64,000 nucleotides of DNA from a virus: positions 15,740 through 79,739 of IMG/VR virus record IMGVR_UViG_3300013101_000007; one strand, given 5' to 3'. The notes beneath the pieces were generated by a model. It did not search any database. It worked only from the letters and a program-made list of their open reading frames with translations, and was not told the DNA's origin. The position numbers and the translations under genes were made by a program. Positions 56,722 to 64,000 of the stretch are shown here, piece after piece; position 1 is the stretch's first letter, and every line of letters begins with the position of its first letter.

Positions 56722-57099
56722 ATGCCGGTTACTATAGTAAGAAAAAAGAAGGTGGTTGATACCAGCCCAAAACTATCAGGCAGATTGGCAACCTTATACC
56801 CTAACTGGAAACCTACAGTAAAGGAGTATATTCTACGTCTAAGGCGCAATATGCTGGTACATTCACATTTGTATTACCGACTAGACAATCAGCTTGTACC
56901 AGATGATTTGTGGCAACGCTGGGCAGATGAACTTGCAGAAGTACAAAAGGATTATGGCACTGACTGGGATTACTACGATGAGTTTTTTGCAGACTGGGAT
57001 GGCTCAACAGGTTATCATCTACCTTCAGATAAGTGGGTGGTGTATAAAGCTGCATTCCTAATGAATATTTGTGGAGAAGGAAAATGCAATACCGCGTAA
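56722..57099 (+). CDS. Stand-alone NAD-dependent ligase domain Ia-like protein
   Basis: RLRR..LVHS.LYY.LDN.LVPD..W.....EL matches LigA Ia H...YY..D.P...D..YD..L..EL. Confidence 0.65.
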   Translation: MPVTIVRKKKVVDTSPKLSGRLATLYPNWKPTVKEYILRLRRNMLVHSHLYYRLDNQLVPDDLWQRWADELAEVQKDYGTDWDYYDEFFADWDGSTGYHLPSDKWVVYKAAFLMNICGEGKCNTA

Positions 57100-57296
57100 T
57101 GATAAACGGTAAGGATTCGGGATTAATTGAGACTGTTTATGAGTGGGCTAAACAGTATTGGGATAAACGCGCCACAGTAACCGGCTTTAAAATTAAATTG
57201 CAACCAATTGCACAAAGTCTGGATGTTGAGTTAATAAAAAGACAATCGGCTATAAGTAAACGCTTGGCTGGTAATGAAATTAAATTTGACAATTAA
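57084..57296 (+). CDS. Hypothetical protein
   Basis: AAGGA RBS. Confidence 0.45.
   Translation: MQYRVMINGKDSGLIETVYEWAKQYWDKRATVTGFKIKLQPIAQSLDVELIKRQSAISKRLAGNEIKFDN
57199..57212. repeat. Dispersed palindrome, locus 16
   Basis: TGCAACCAATTGCA in CDS. Confidence 0.85.
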
Positions 57297-57313
57297 AATT
57301 ATATCAGTATAAT
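57286..57313 (+). promoter_or_regulatory. Early promoter cassette
   Basis: TTGACA attaaaattatatcag TATAAT. Confidence 0.85.
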
Positions 57314-57345
57314 GAAGCTCAACATCAATCAAACGGATTAAAACA

Positions 57346-57534
57346 ATGAATGACTTACAAAACGAATACATCAAATTAATAATCAGACGAGAGGAAATGA
57401 AACGTAATAATTCCACATCCAAGGCTGTCAGTTTTCTGATTAAACAATGTGATGAGGCCAAAGCTAAGTTATCCGGTCAAGAATGGATGCTGGCTTGTGA
57501 ACATTTGATACTTGAAAAAGGGTTAATGGTATGA
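57346..57534 (+). CDS. Hypothetical protein
   Basis: First gene after promoter cassette. Confidence 0.55.
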   Translation: MNDLQNEYIKLIIRREEMKRNNSTSKAVSFLIKQCDEAKAKLSGQEWMLACEHLILEKGLMV

Positions 57535-57706
57535 CAATTATTATTCCAGAATGGTTAGGTTATCTAATAGGCATATCATTTATTTTGTCCTGCATTAATT
57601 ATCTGTTAGGTTTTGTAAGAATTATTTTAATGATTGCAGTAGGTAAGCAGAAACAAAAAATCATAATGGCGGCTTTAAATCCTAATAAGTCAAAGAAGGA
57701 AATGTA

Positions 57707-57976
57707 ATGGGTGATATGGCAGAAGGGTTCAAGGATATGACCGCAATGAGTAAATCCAAACGCGCTCACAATCGTAAATCCTCTAAAGAGATATTAGACA
57801 GGTACGAGGTATCATATACCTCACATAATGGGGATGCACACTTTATTGTAACTCACGGAACTTGTGTTGTTGACTTCTGGGCTGGTACTGGTAAATGGCA
57901 CTTCAGGAAAGCCGGTGGTAAAGGTAGAGGTGTATTCCAGTTATTGCGTAGATTAGGAATTGAAATTGAGGATTAA
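57707..57976 (+). CDS. Conserved phage hypothetical protein
   Basis: MGDM...F...VDFW.GTGKW....GRG. Confidence 0.6.
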   Translation: MGDMAEGFKDMTAMSKSKRAHNRKSSKEILDRYEVSYTSHNGDAHFIVTHGTCVVDFWAGTGKWHFRKAGGKGRGVFQLLRRLGIEIED

Positions 57977-57977
57977 G

Positions 57978-58217
57978 ATGAAAAAATTAAAAGTATTTTC
58001 TGGTTGTTTTGATGGCTGTAATGAACTAATAGTTGCCTCATACACCAAGAAACGAGCCGCTGAGTTATGCGGTGTACCAATAAGCACATTTAATGCTTAT
58101 GGTTCTGAAACAGGTAATCAGCATCAATGCAGAATAGCACTATCGAAACCCGAAACTGTATTCACTGGTAAAAATGATTTCAAGCATAACTACACGGAGC
58201 TAAAATCTAATGTGTGA
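57978..58217 (+). CDS. Hypothetical protein
   Basis: GAGG RBS before ATG 57978. Confidence 0.5.
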   Translation: MKKLKVFSGCFDGCNELIVASYTKKRAAELCGVPISTFNAYGSETGNQHQCRIALSKPETVFTGKNDFKHNYTELKSNV

Positions 58218-58371
58218 TGAAAAAACAGATTGTAATTATTGTGCTGGGACGGGTGAATGTCAAGATTGTGAAGGGACTGGAGAAAATCAAAATGAAGTTG
58301 ATTGTGTGGAATGTGAAACTTGCGGGGGCGGGGGTGAGTGTAATGAATGTGATGGTAGAGGCACAGAATGA
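58210..58371 (+). CDS. 53-aa DnaJ-type zinc-finger microprotein (not in ORF track)
   Basis: Four CxxCxGxG repeats: CNYCAGTG, CQDCEGTG, CETCGGGG, CNECDGRG; overlaps both neighbours. Confidence 0.7.
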   Translation: MCDEKTDCNYCAGTGECQDCEGTGENQNEVDCVECETCGGGGECNECDGRGTE

Positions 58372-58739
58372 GTACTCTATTGGATAGTTTAATACCTCTA
58401 CTTCGTGAAAAGAATAGAATAGCGGCCTCCATAACCAGATTAGCCAGACCTTACCTGTATGAGAGTGGACTTGTAACCCCGATATACAAAGAACGCCCAT
58501 TTAACGGCTCTAGGCCACTAAAACTAGCCGCACTAAACAAACCCTTCACCTCAAAAGTAAAAACGCCACTAAGCTTCAATTTGGAGGCATATACAATGAC
58601 CCATATATGTGAGTTCGGTACGGTAGGTGAAGGTCTGGAATCTTTTTTGATAAGTAGTTTACCCGCTAGATATTTAGATAGATTACACAAGCACATATTG
58701 AAGCACGGATTTAAACCACTAAGGCTACACCATGAATGA
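58368..58739 (+). CDS. Hypothetical protein
   Basis: ATGA overlap. Confidence 0.5.
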   Translation: MSTLLDSLIPLLREKNRIAASITRLARPYLYESGLVTPIYKERPFNGSRPLKLAALNKPFTSKVKTPLSFNLEAYTMTHICEFGTVGEGLESFLISSLPARYLDRLHKHILKHGFKPLRLHHE

Positions 58740-58903
58740 CCAGATAAACGAATTAAAAAAACAAATTGCCATGCTTGAGCTTGAGAAAGAGTTACTGCAA
58801 GGGGCTTTAATAGAAGTGGCAGATTGTTTACATCAAATAGCACCGCCTTATATTCAAGAACGGATGGAAGCGGTAATGGTAACTGTGAAATTTGGAGCAG
58901 AAA

Positions 58904-59101
58904 ATGGGTGACATAATAGTAGGTAGAGAATACCAACATATAAAGAAAGGCACTAGATACCGAGTGATCGGAATATCTAATCTGGATGCTGATGAGGATA
59001 GAAAAGATTTTATCCCTCATGTTTTTTACATAGCCACTGATTTAAAGTTATGGAGTAGACCACTTCAAGTATTTATAGACAGATACCGGCTGATAAGCTA
59101 A
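58904..59101 (+). CDS. DUF1653-like protein
   Basis: YQH.KG..Y.VI......V.Y......WSRP...F. Confidence 0.7.
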   Translation: MGDIIVGREYQHIKKGTRYRVIGISNLDADEDRKDFIPHVFYIATDLKLWSRPLQVFIDRYRLIS

Positions 59102-59364
59102 TGAGTGGTGGCATGGGTGTAGAACAAAAGCTAGATTTGTTTCAGTGGATTGATAGCTTTGTTGATTTATCCTCACAAAAAAATACCAGCACTGAAACTT
59201 GGATGGCTCTTTGCCATGATGCGGTTGAAGCATATAATGATAATAAGAATAACTCTGTATTCTGTGTTAGCCTTTTAGACTTTCAAGACTACATGGTTGA
59301 GTATCTACAATATTTAGAAAAGGGCACGTTATGTGGACTGAAGAATCAATACTCTATCGTGTAG
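59101..59364 (+). CDS. Hypothetical protein
   Basis: Coupled ORF. Confidence 0.5.
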   Translation: MSGGMGVEQKLDLFQWIDSFVDLSSQKNTSTETWMALCHDAVEAYNDNKNNSVFCVSLLDFQDYMVEYLQYLEKGTLCGLKNQYSIV

Positions 59365-59657
59365 TAATCTTATATGATCGCATACATACTGAGACTTACC
59401 ATATACTAAGCCAGACTGAATGTGGTGCTTGGATATGTATTTTTGGTGGTAAAAAATTCGTTAATTTAAAGGCAAGAAAACAATGGGCTTCAGTGACCGA
59501 ACAGAAAGCATTGGATTGCTTCATTGCCAGAAAAAACAGACACCTTAATATATTACGAGGCCAGATAAAAACCATAGAGACCGGCCTACGATTAATAAAG
59601 ACAGGGAATTATAAACAACAAACCATTTCAGATTTTGGCGGGTTTGAGATATTTTAG
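59331..59657 (+). CDS. Hypothetical protein
   Basis: T.CGAWI.....KFV...ARK.WA..T...AL..FIARK pattern. Confidence 0.55.
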   Translation: MWTEESILYRVVILYDRIHTETYHILSQTECGAWICIFGGKKFVNLKARKQWASVTEQKALDCFIARKNRHLNILRGQIKTIETGLRLIKTGNYKQQTISDFGGFEIF

Positions 59658-59667
59658 GAGTACTTAG

Positions 59668-59970
59668 ATGACCAATGAACAAACCGCTGTTATGTTGCAA
59701 TTGATTGCAAACAATTTACGGGACGCTATAAGTGAAGCAGATATGGAACTGGAGAATGTACCTAGACAACAAATAAAAACGTATATTGGTAATCCTTTGA
59801 AAGTAGGACTTATACCACCTTCAGAAAAAGAAAGACCAGAGTTGTATCTAATTACAGAAGGTGATGTAATGGCACTTATGCCACTTCGACAAGTATTGAA
59901 TGGTATGGAAAATCATATAAATGGGTTACTACTAGAGCATCCACCTAGACCAATGGCAGAACGGAAATGA
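59668..59970 (+). CDS. Hypothetical protein
   Basis: AGGAG RBS. Confidence 0.55.
   Translation: MTNEQTAVMLQLIANNLRDAISEADMELENVPRQQIKTYIGNPLKVGLIPPSEKERPELYLITEGDVMALMPLRQVLNGMENHINGLLLEHPPRPMAERK
59696..59709. repeat. Dispersed palindrome, locus 17
   Basis: TGCAATTGATTGCA in CDS. Confidence 0.9.
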
Positions 59971-60242
59971 GTAAATTAAAATCAAATGGTACTTTTAAGA
60001 AGCAACCACAACTAATACGAGATAAAATACATTGTGTGTTTATTGATGCCGCTACGGTATTTGAATATGATGGTGACTGGAGAGCGATATTTAAAAAGGC
60101 CGGCTACCAGACTCAAGGGCACTCAAAGAAAATGTTTGAAACGATGGCAAAAGCAACTGATACTCAAATGGATAATTTTGTTTCTCAGTTAATCTATAAT
60201 GTTAAACAGGTGAGATATGAAAAAACTACTGCAAGTGCATAA
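59967..60242 (+). CDS. Hypothetical protein
   Basis: ATGA overlap. Confidence 0.5.
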   Translation: MSKLKSNGTFKKQPQLIRDKIHCVFIDAATVFEYDGDWRAIFKKAGYQTQGHSKKMFETMAKATDTQMDNFVSQLIYNVKQVRYEKTTASA

Positions 60243-60663
60243 AGACCAACTACATAACCGAGAATTAAATCTGGAAACCTTAAAGCGTAAATTAGAAACA
60301 GATACTAATTATTATTTGGCGGTAAAATCTGAAGTTAAATTTTACGAAATGCAGATACACGAAGCCAGAAGTAAAGGACTAAGAGAATTCGATTCTCAGG
60401 ATTTTATACCAAAAGCCAAACCAAAACCCGACACGGCCTTAATGGTAGCCCTACAAACCTTACACGATGCCCTAGAGTCACAACCAGATTATGCTCATGG
60501 GTGGCATTGCAATCTAGCTATGAGTTTTCTGGATGCCGAACGAAGTAATGCTGGTCAGAAGAATATGCACGAAGTTTGTAATGATGGTGCTTCACGGTTT
60601 ATGAGGGCGGCTTTTAACATAACAACAAGCAATGATATGCTGGAGAAAGATTATGACAGATGA
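60217..60663 (+). CDS. Hypothetical protein
   Basis: YAHGWHCNLAM motif. Confidence 0.55.
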   Translation: MKKLLQVHKDQLHNRELNLETLKRKLETDTNYYLAVKSEVKFYEMQIHEARSKGLREFDSQDFIPKAKPKPDTALMVALQTLHDALESQPDYAHGWHCNLAMSFLDAERSNAGQKNMHEVCNDGASRFMRAAFNITTSNDMLEKDYDR

Positions 60664-60916
60664 CCAAAAACTAACTGAGTTATTCAAACAATTCAATGAT
60701 GCTAGTTTTGCCAGTGGTGATGCTTCAGATAGAGCGTTACTTAATCTATTATTCGAGCGTAGAGACACGCTACCGGCTTTAGATGATAAATTCATGGATG
60801 GGTTTAAGCAAGGCGAACTTGGTTCACAGTTGGACTATATAAACTCTGCAATATACAACTTACTTGTAAGCAGTCAAGATTTCTGGAAATGCTTTGATAG
60901 AGTAAAAAGACTGTAG
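60653..60916 (+). CDS. Hypothetical protein
   Basis: GGAG RBS. Confidence 0.5.
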   Translation: MTDDQKLTELFKQFNDASFASGDASDRALLNLLFERRDTLPALDDKFMDGFKQGELGSQLDYINSAIYNLLVSSQDFWKCFDRVKRL

Positions 60917-60917
60917 A

Positions 60918-60946
60918 TTGACAATTAAAATTATTTAGGGTAGTAT
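60918..60946 (+). promoter_or_regulatory. Sigma70 promoter (variant)
   Basis: TTGACA-17bp-TAGTAT. Confidence 0.65.
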
Positions 60947-60974
60947 AAGTGTTCAATATAAAACGGAGTAAACT

Positions 60975-61385
60975 ATGTTAAAAAGATTTAAGAAGTGGAA
61001 TACCCTCAGATTAGGTAAGCTAATAGCAGAAACAGAACAGCGTGGATATAATTGGGCGGCTGGCATGATGCTAAAATCTAATCATACAATGGAAGTAGAA
61101 TCTAAAATTGATGGGGCTAGGCAGTTTGGGGCTACCACAGCTTTCGATACGGGGGCGGCTACAGCACTATTTGATTATTCTAAACTAAAGCAATCAAAAA
61201 ATTCAATAGTAAAACTTAAATGGATACCGGCAGATACCTTTCCTAACGGTGAAAAAAAATGTTTGTTCCTTATGACTTCAGGATTAATCGTTTCAGGTAT
61301 ATTCATTCAAGGTAAATTCATTGAAGATATTATAAATTCTCAGGATAAAATTTTATCTTGGATACCACTAGACTCATTAAGGTAA
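60975..61385 (+). CDS. Hypothetical protein
   Basis: After promoter, GGAG RBS. Confidence 0.55.
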   Translation: MLKRFKKWNTLRLGKLIAETEQRGYNWAAGMMLKSNHTMEVESKIDGARQFGATTAFDTGAATALFDYSKLKQSKNSIVKLKWIPADTFPNGEKKCLFLMTSGLIVSGIFIQGKFIEDIINSQDKILSWIPLDSLR

Positions 61386-61391
61386 AAACCA

Positions 61392-61727
61392 ATGGCAACT
61401 AAAGCAGAACTAGAACAGATAATTAAAGAAAAAGATACCTTCGTAAGTGATGTTATAGCTGAGAAGGTTCTACTAGACCAACAAATAAAAAAGTTGGAAC
61501 GTAAAGTAAATGATGCGGTTATAGAAGCAAATGCAGCTGATAAGGCGTGTCGTATCCATGAGGATAGATTGGCACGGGTTAAAGAGTCCGTATCTACCGT
61601 ATTAGCGGCTAAATTTCCCAATGCGTACAATGCAGACCCTGATGCCTACAAAGACCCCAACGCACCGGAGGATGCAAAAGTTGAGGAGTTGCTGGTATAT
61701 CAATACATTCTTAACATAGTGAGCTGA
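61392..61727 (+). CDS. Coiled-coil hypothetical protein
   Basis: Heptad-rich ORF. Confidence 0.55.
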   Translation: MATKAELEQIIKEKDTFVSDVIAEKVLLDQQIKKLERKVNDAVIEANAADKACRIHEDRLARVKESVSTVLAAKFPNAYNADPDAYKDPNAPEDAKVEELLVYQYILNIVS

Positions 61728-61768
61728 TGAATTTTAAAATCTGGTAATTGATTAAAGGGGGGGTATTA

Positions 61769-62029
61769 ATGGCTCAATTAAAAGACACAACCATACTAAA
61801 CACGGAGGGTTTTAAAAATGTCATGTTTGATATATTAAATAAGGAAATGTTGGAAGCAGCTGAACCAGTAATACAGGAGGCATTAAAGAAAGCAGAAAAA
61901 GAAATGAGAGCTAAATTGGCTCAAAAGATAATATCGGTAATAGAATCTGATTACTCTATTGAAAAAATGCAGAATAGAATAGTTATAACAGTAAAACAAG
62001 CTGAAAAAGATGGGAGACCTTTCTTGTGA
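61769..62029 (+). CDS. Hypothetical protein
   Basis: G-rich RBS before ATG 61769. Confidence 0.5.
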   Translation: MAQLKDTTILNTEGFKNVMFDILNKEMLEAAEPVIQEALKKAEKEMRAKLAQKIISVIESDYSIEKMQNRIVITVKQAEKDGRPFL

Positions 62030-62283
62030 TGGAAACAATAATAGTTTACTTTTTTGTAGGGGTTCTTATATTTATTGCGGTGCTTATATTAAGCAGATTA
62101 ATTATAGGTATTACTTTATTCATTTATGCGGGATTCAATTTTAAATTACATAGATGTTATGATAGGTACTACACCTCTATAATAAGTGCGGAAACCTTCA
62201 GTATTATCCTTATCATTGTTACTGGGATAGCAGTTATCGCTTCCTATTATGTAACAAAGGAATATGTATGCCTGAAAAGTTAA
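62026..62283 (+). CDS. Membrane protein (2 TM)
   Basis: Two hydrophobic segments. Confidence 0.55.
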   Translation: MMETIIVYFFVGVLIFIAVLILSRLIIGITLFIYAGFNFKLHRCYDRYYTSIISAETFSIILIIVTGIAVIASYYVTKEYVCLKS

Positions 62284-62480
62284 TTATTGAGAACCGCACC
62301 GGGAGGCCAATACTTGAAATACTTTCTCATGTAGAACAAGTATTGGTTATGGGTAGAATAAGTAAAAATGATACCCAGTATTGTTATGCTACTAAGTTTG
62401 ATGATGATATTATTGTCTATGCAAGTAAGAACAAACAATCAGATAAATTTGTAGTTTCTAATTATAAAAAAATAGGATAG
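62268..62480 (+). CDS. Hypothetical protein
   Basis: GRISK...QYCYAT motif. Confidence 0.55.
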   Translation: MPEKLIIENRTGRPILEILSHVEQVLVMGRISKNDTQYCYATKFDDDIIVYASKNKQSDKFVVSNYKKIG

Positions 62481-62482
62481 TT

Positions 62483-63418
62483 ATGTATAAAACAGAAGTA
62501 GAAGGTGCGGGTGGCATCTATGCAAAAGTAGTTGAACACTCAAGTAATCCACTATACCCAGATGTACCGGATATTTTTACCCTTGAGTTAAAATACCACC
62601 GGTTTATTCATGCAGAATTTATGACTCATAGAGTATTCAGTCGGAACGCTTCAAGTAGTCGGGCTGTTCCAGTGAAACGAGTATTGTCTAATGTAAACAA
62701 TGAACCGGCAATGCCTATTCATTGGGGGCAAAACCAAGCTGGTATGCAAGCCGGTGCAGAAATAGATGCCCCTGTGTTTGTTATGGGGAGACACTACTCA
62801 CCACAAGAAGCATGGGAATTGGCAGGTAAGGACAAAGCCATATTTGCCGAGGCGTTCAATGAAGCCGGCTACCATAAACAAGTAGTAAACCGATTAACTG
62901 AATCACATCAATTTATTAAAGTGGTAGTGACTGCAACGGAATGGGCTAACTTCTTTAGTCTGAGAATACATCCTGATGCACAACCAGAAATACAAGAGCT
63001 GGCAAACTGTATGCGTTCAGCAATGAATTTCAGTGTACCAGAACGGCCTGCAAATGGAATGATGAATAAAAATGGTGATGATGTTTATACTCACCTACCT
63101 TATTTACAGTCCATAGATTACGATATGTACTACCATGGCGATTTATCCTTAGATCAGCTTTGTGCAATATCTTCAGGACGTTGTGCTAGAGTATCTTATT
63201 TAAACCATGATAACTCACAACCAGATTACCATAAGGATATTCAACTACATGATGATTTGGCTAAAGTACGGCACATGAGCCCATTTGAGCATGTAGCTAA
63301 AATCATGCTGGATGCTGACCCAGAAACACCACCAATAGGAGCAACCCATAGAGACTTAGATGGGCGGTGGTGGTCTGGTAATTTCAGACAATGGGCACAG
63401 TATAGACAGCTCATGTAA
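62483..63418 (+). CDS. thyX: Flavin-dependent thymidylate synthase ThyX
   Basis: HAEFMTHRVFSRNASSSRA, FFSLR...AQPEI..LA, ARVSY, HMSPFEH. Confidence 0.9.
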   Translation: MYKTEVEGAGGIYAKVVEHSSNPLYPDVPDIFTLELKYHRFIHAEFMTHRVFSRNASSSRAVPVKRVLSNVNNEPAMPIHWGQNQAGMQAGAEIDAPVFVMGRHYSPQEAWELAGKDKAIFAEAFNEAGYHKQVVNRLTESHQFIKVVVTATEWANFFSLRIHPDAQPEIQELANCMRSAMNFSVPERPANGMMNKNGDDVYTHLPYLQSIDYDMYYHGDLSLDQLCAISSGRCARVSYLNHDNSQPDYHKDIQLHDDLAKVRHMSPFEHVAKIMLDADPETPPIGATHRDLDGRWWSGNFRQWAQYRQLM

Positions 63419-63515
63419 TTCGTTTTTGTTTCTCTGGTATAGTACCAGTGTTCTCGTAGCGGTATCGCAACCCTTACAGTAGTAACAACCCCTGACCAGA
63501 GAAACAATTTAATAG

Positions 63516-63529
63516 TGCAATCAATTGCA
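63516..63529. repeat. Dispersed palindrome, locus 18
   Basis: TGCAATCAATTGCA upstream of promoter. Confidence 0.9.
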
Positions 63530-63541
63530 ATGAAATAAGAT

Positions 63542-63569
63542 TTGACAATTGAAATTATAACTGTATAAT
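63542..63569 (+). promoter_or_regulatory. Early promoter cassette
   Basis: TTGACA attgaaattataactg TATAAT. Confidence 0.85.
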
Positions 63570-63601
63570 AAAGCTCACACTCATCAAACGGATTAAACAA
63601 C

Positions 63602-63817
63602 ATGGCTTCTCAAATTAAACAAAACTGGTTTGAAACATTAAACGCTTCACTGGAATCAGAAAATCTAATACATGCTTGGGAATTTGGTTTGAATATCGGT
63701 TATGGTCAAACCGTTTCCACCACGTTTGATGATGGTACTAAACACGGTCATTACATTTCAATTACACGCGAAACAGATGGACGTTATGAGAGACCTGTAC
63801 ATTATGCCCGTGGGTAA
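63602..63817 (+). CDS. Hypothetical protein
   Basis: First gene after promoter cassette. Confidence 0.6.
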   Translation: MASQIKQNWFETLNASLESENLIHAWEFGLNIGYGQTVSTTFDDGTKHGHYISITRETDGRYERPVHYARG

Positions 63818-63862
63818 TACAGATTAACCGCCACGGATGGCTTAACGCTTTGGAGAATAAAT

Positions 63863-64000
63863 ATGGATTATGAAGATGATGATTTCAACAACTTTCCTGA
63901 TGGTGAGGAATTCGATTGTGACCAAGCGGTTGAAGAGGCTATAGAGGCGCGTAACCATGAATGGGCTTCAATACAAACAGATATAGATGCTCAAGGATAC
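63863..64000 (+). CDS. Acidic protein, 3' truncated
   Basis: GGAG RBS; MDYEDDDFNNFPDGEEFD... open to window end. Confidence 0.5.
   Translation, partial: MDYEDDDFNNFPDGEEFDCDQAVEEAIEARNHEWASIQTDIDAQGY

Noticed and set aside
47250-63569. Repeated ~30-60 bp units as a CRISPR array
   Set aside because: Copies are separated by hundreds to thousands of bp of genes and are sigma70 promoters; the Cas4-like gene is a solo phage nuclease
252-63603. All minus-strand ORFs in the track (e.g. 58451..59020, 31042..31413, 63241..63603)
   Set aside because: They shadow well-supported + strand genes and show no recognisable motifs; the window is uniformly + strand coded
1-64000. Impression that CG dinucleotides occur mostly as CGG/CCG (possible modification footprint)
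   Set aside because: Not quantified and may follow from codon-pair usage; needs k-mer analysis against codon-shuffled controls
1-64000. tRNA/rRNA genes, integrase, IS elements
   Set aside because: No cloverleaf with T-loop consensus in the intergenic gaps and no recombinase/transposase motifs recognised; a tRNAscan run would be needed to be certain

Overview
64 kb of an AT-rich dsDNA tailed-phage genome (Caudoviricetes). Essentially all real genes are on the + strand. The host is probably a Gram-negative proteobacterium, inferred from consensus sigma70 promoters, a lipoprotein in the lysis region and an NrdJb-like gene. Order: tape-measure C-terminus and tail tip/fibre genes, including a YadA-repeat fibre followed by a sulfotransferase (1-17.5 kb); a lysis region with an orphan CheY-like receiver, a PLA2-like protein, a lipoprotein and an amidase (17.5-20.3 kb); replication/recombination genes (HNH, AAA+, initiator with iterons, degenerate DnaC, DnaB, primase, SSB, SF2 helicase, RecA, two resolvases, Cas4-like nuclease; 20.5-36.5 kb); nucleotide and sulfur metabolism (MazG x2, CysC, NrdJb, dCMP deaminase, thermonuclease); a ParB-GNAT-IbrA/IbrB-glycosyltransferase cluster running straight into terS/terL (40.8-47.2 kb); and an early region of many small ORFs driven by near-identical promoter cassettes, containing an RNAP alpha-CTD-like protein, a ligase Ia-like domain and ThyX. 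The most striking unexplained signals are: (i) a 14-bp palindrome TGCAAT-CA-ATTGCA at 18 loci spaced every ~1.7-6 kb, including inside genes in different reading frames; (ii) an N-terminal peptide MP[VL][TK][IV]x[KQR] followed by further Lys, shared by six unrelated proteins; (iii) the terminase-linked putative DNA-modification cluster; (iv) a CysC + sulfotransferase sulfation pair; and (v) CsrA-type GGA motifs in gene leaders. No tRNA, rRNA, CRISPR array, integrase, DNA polymerase, portal or capsid gene was recognised. All calls come from motif recognition by eye; no database search was run.
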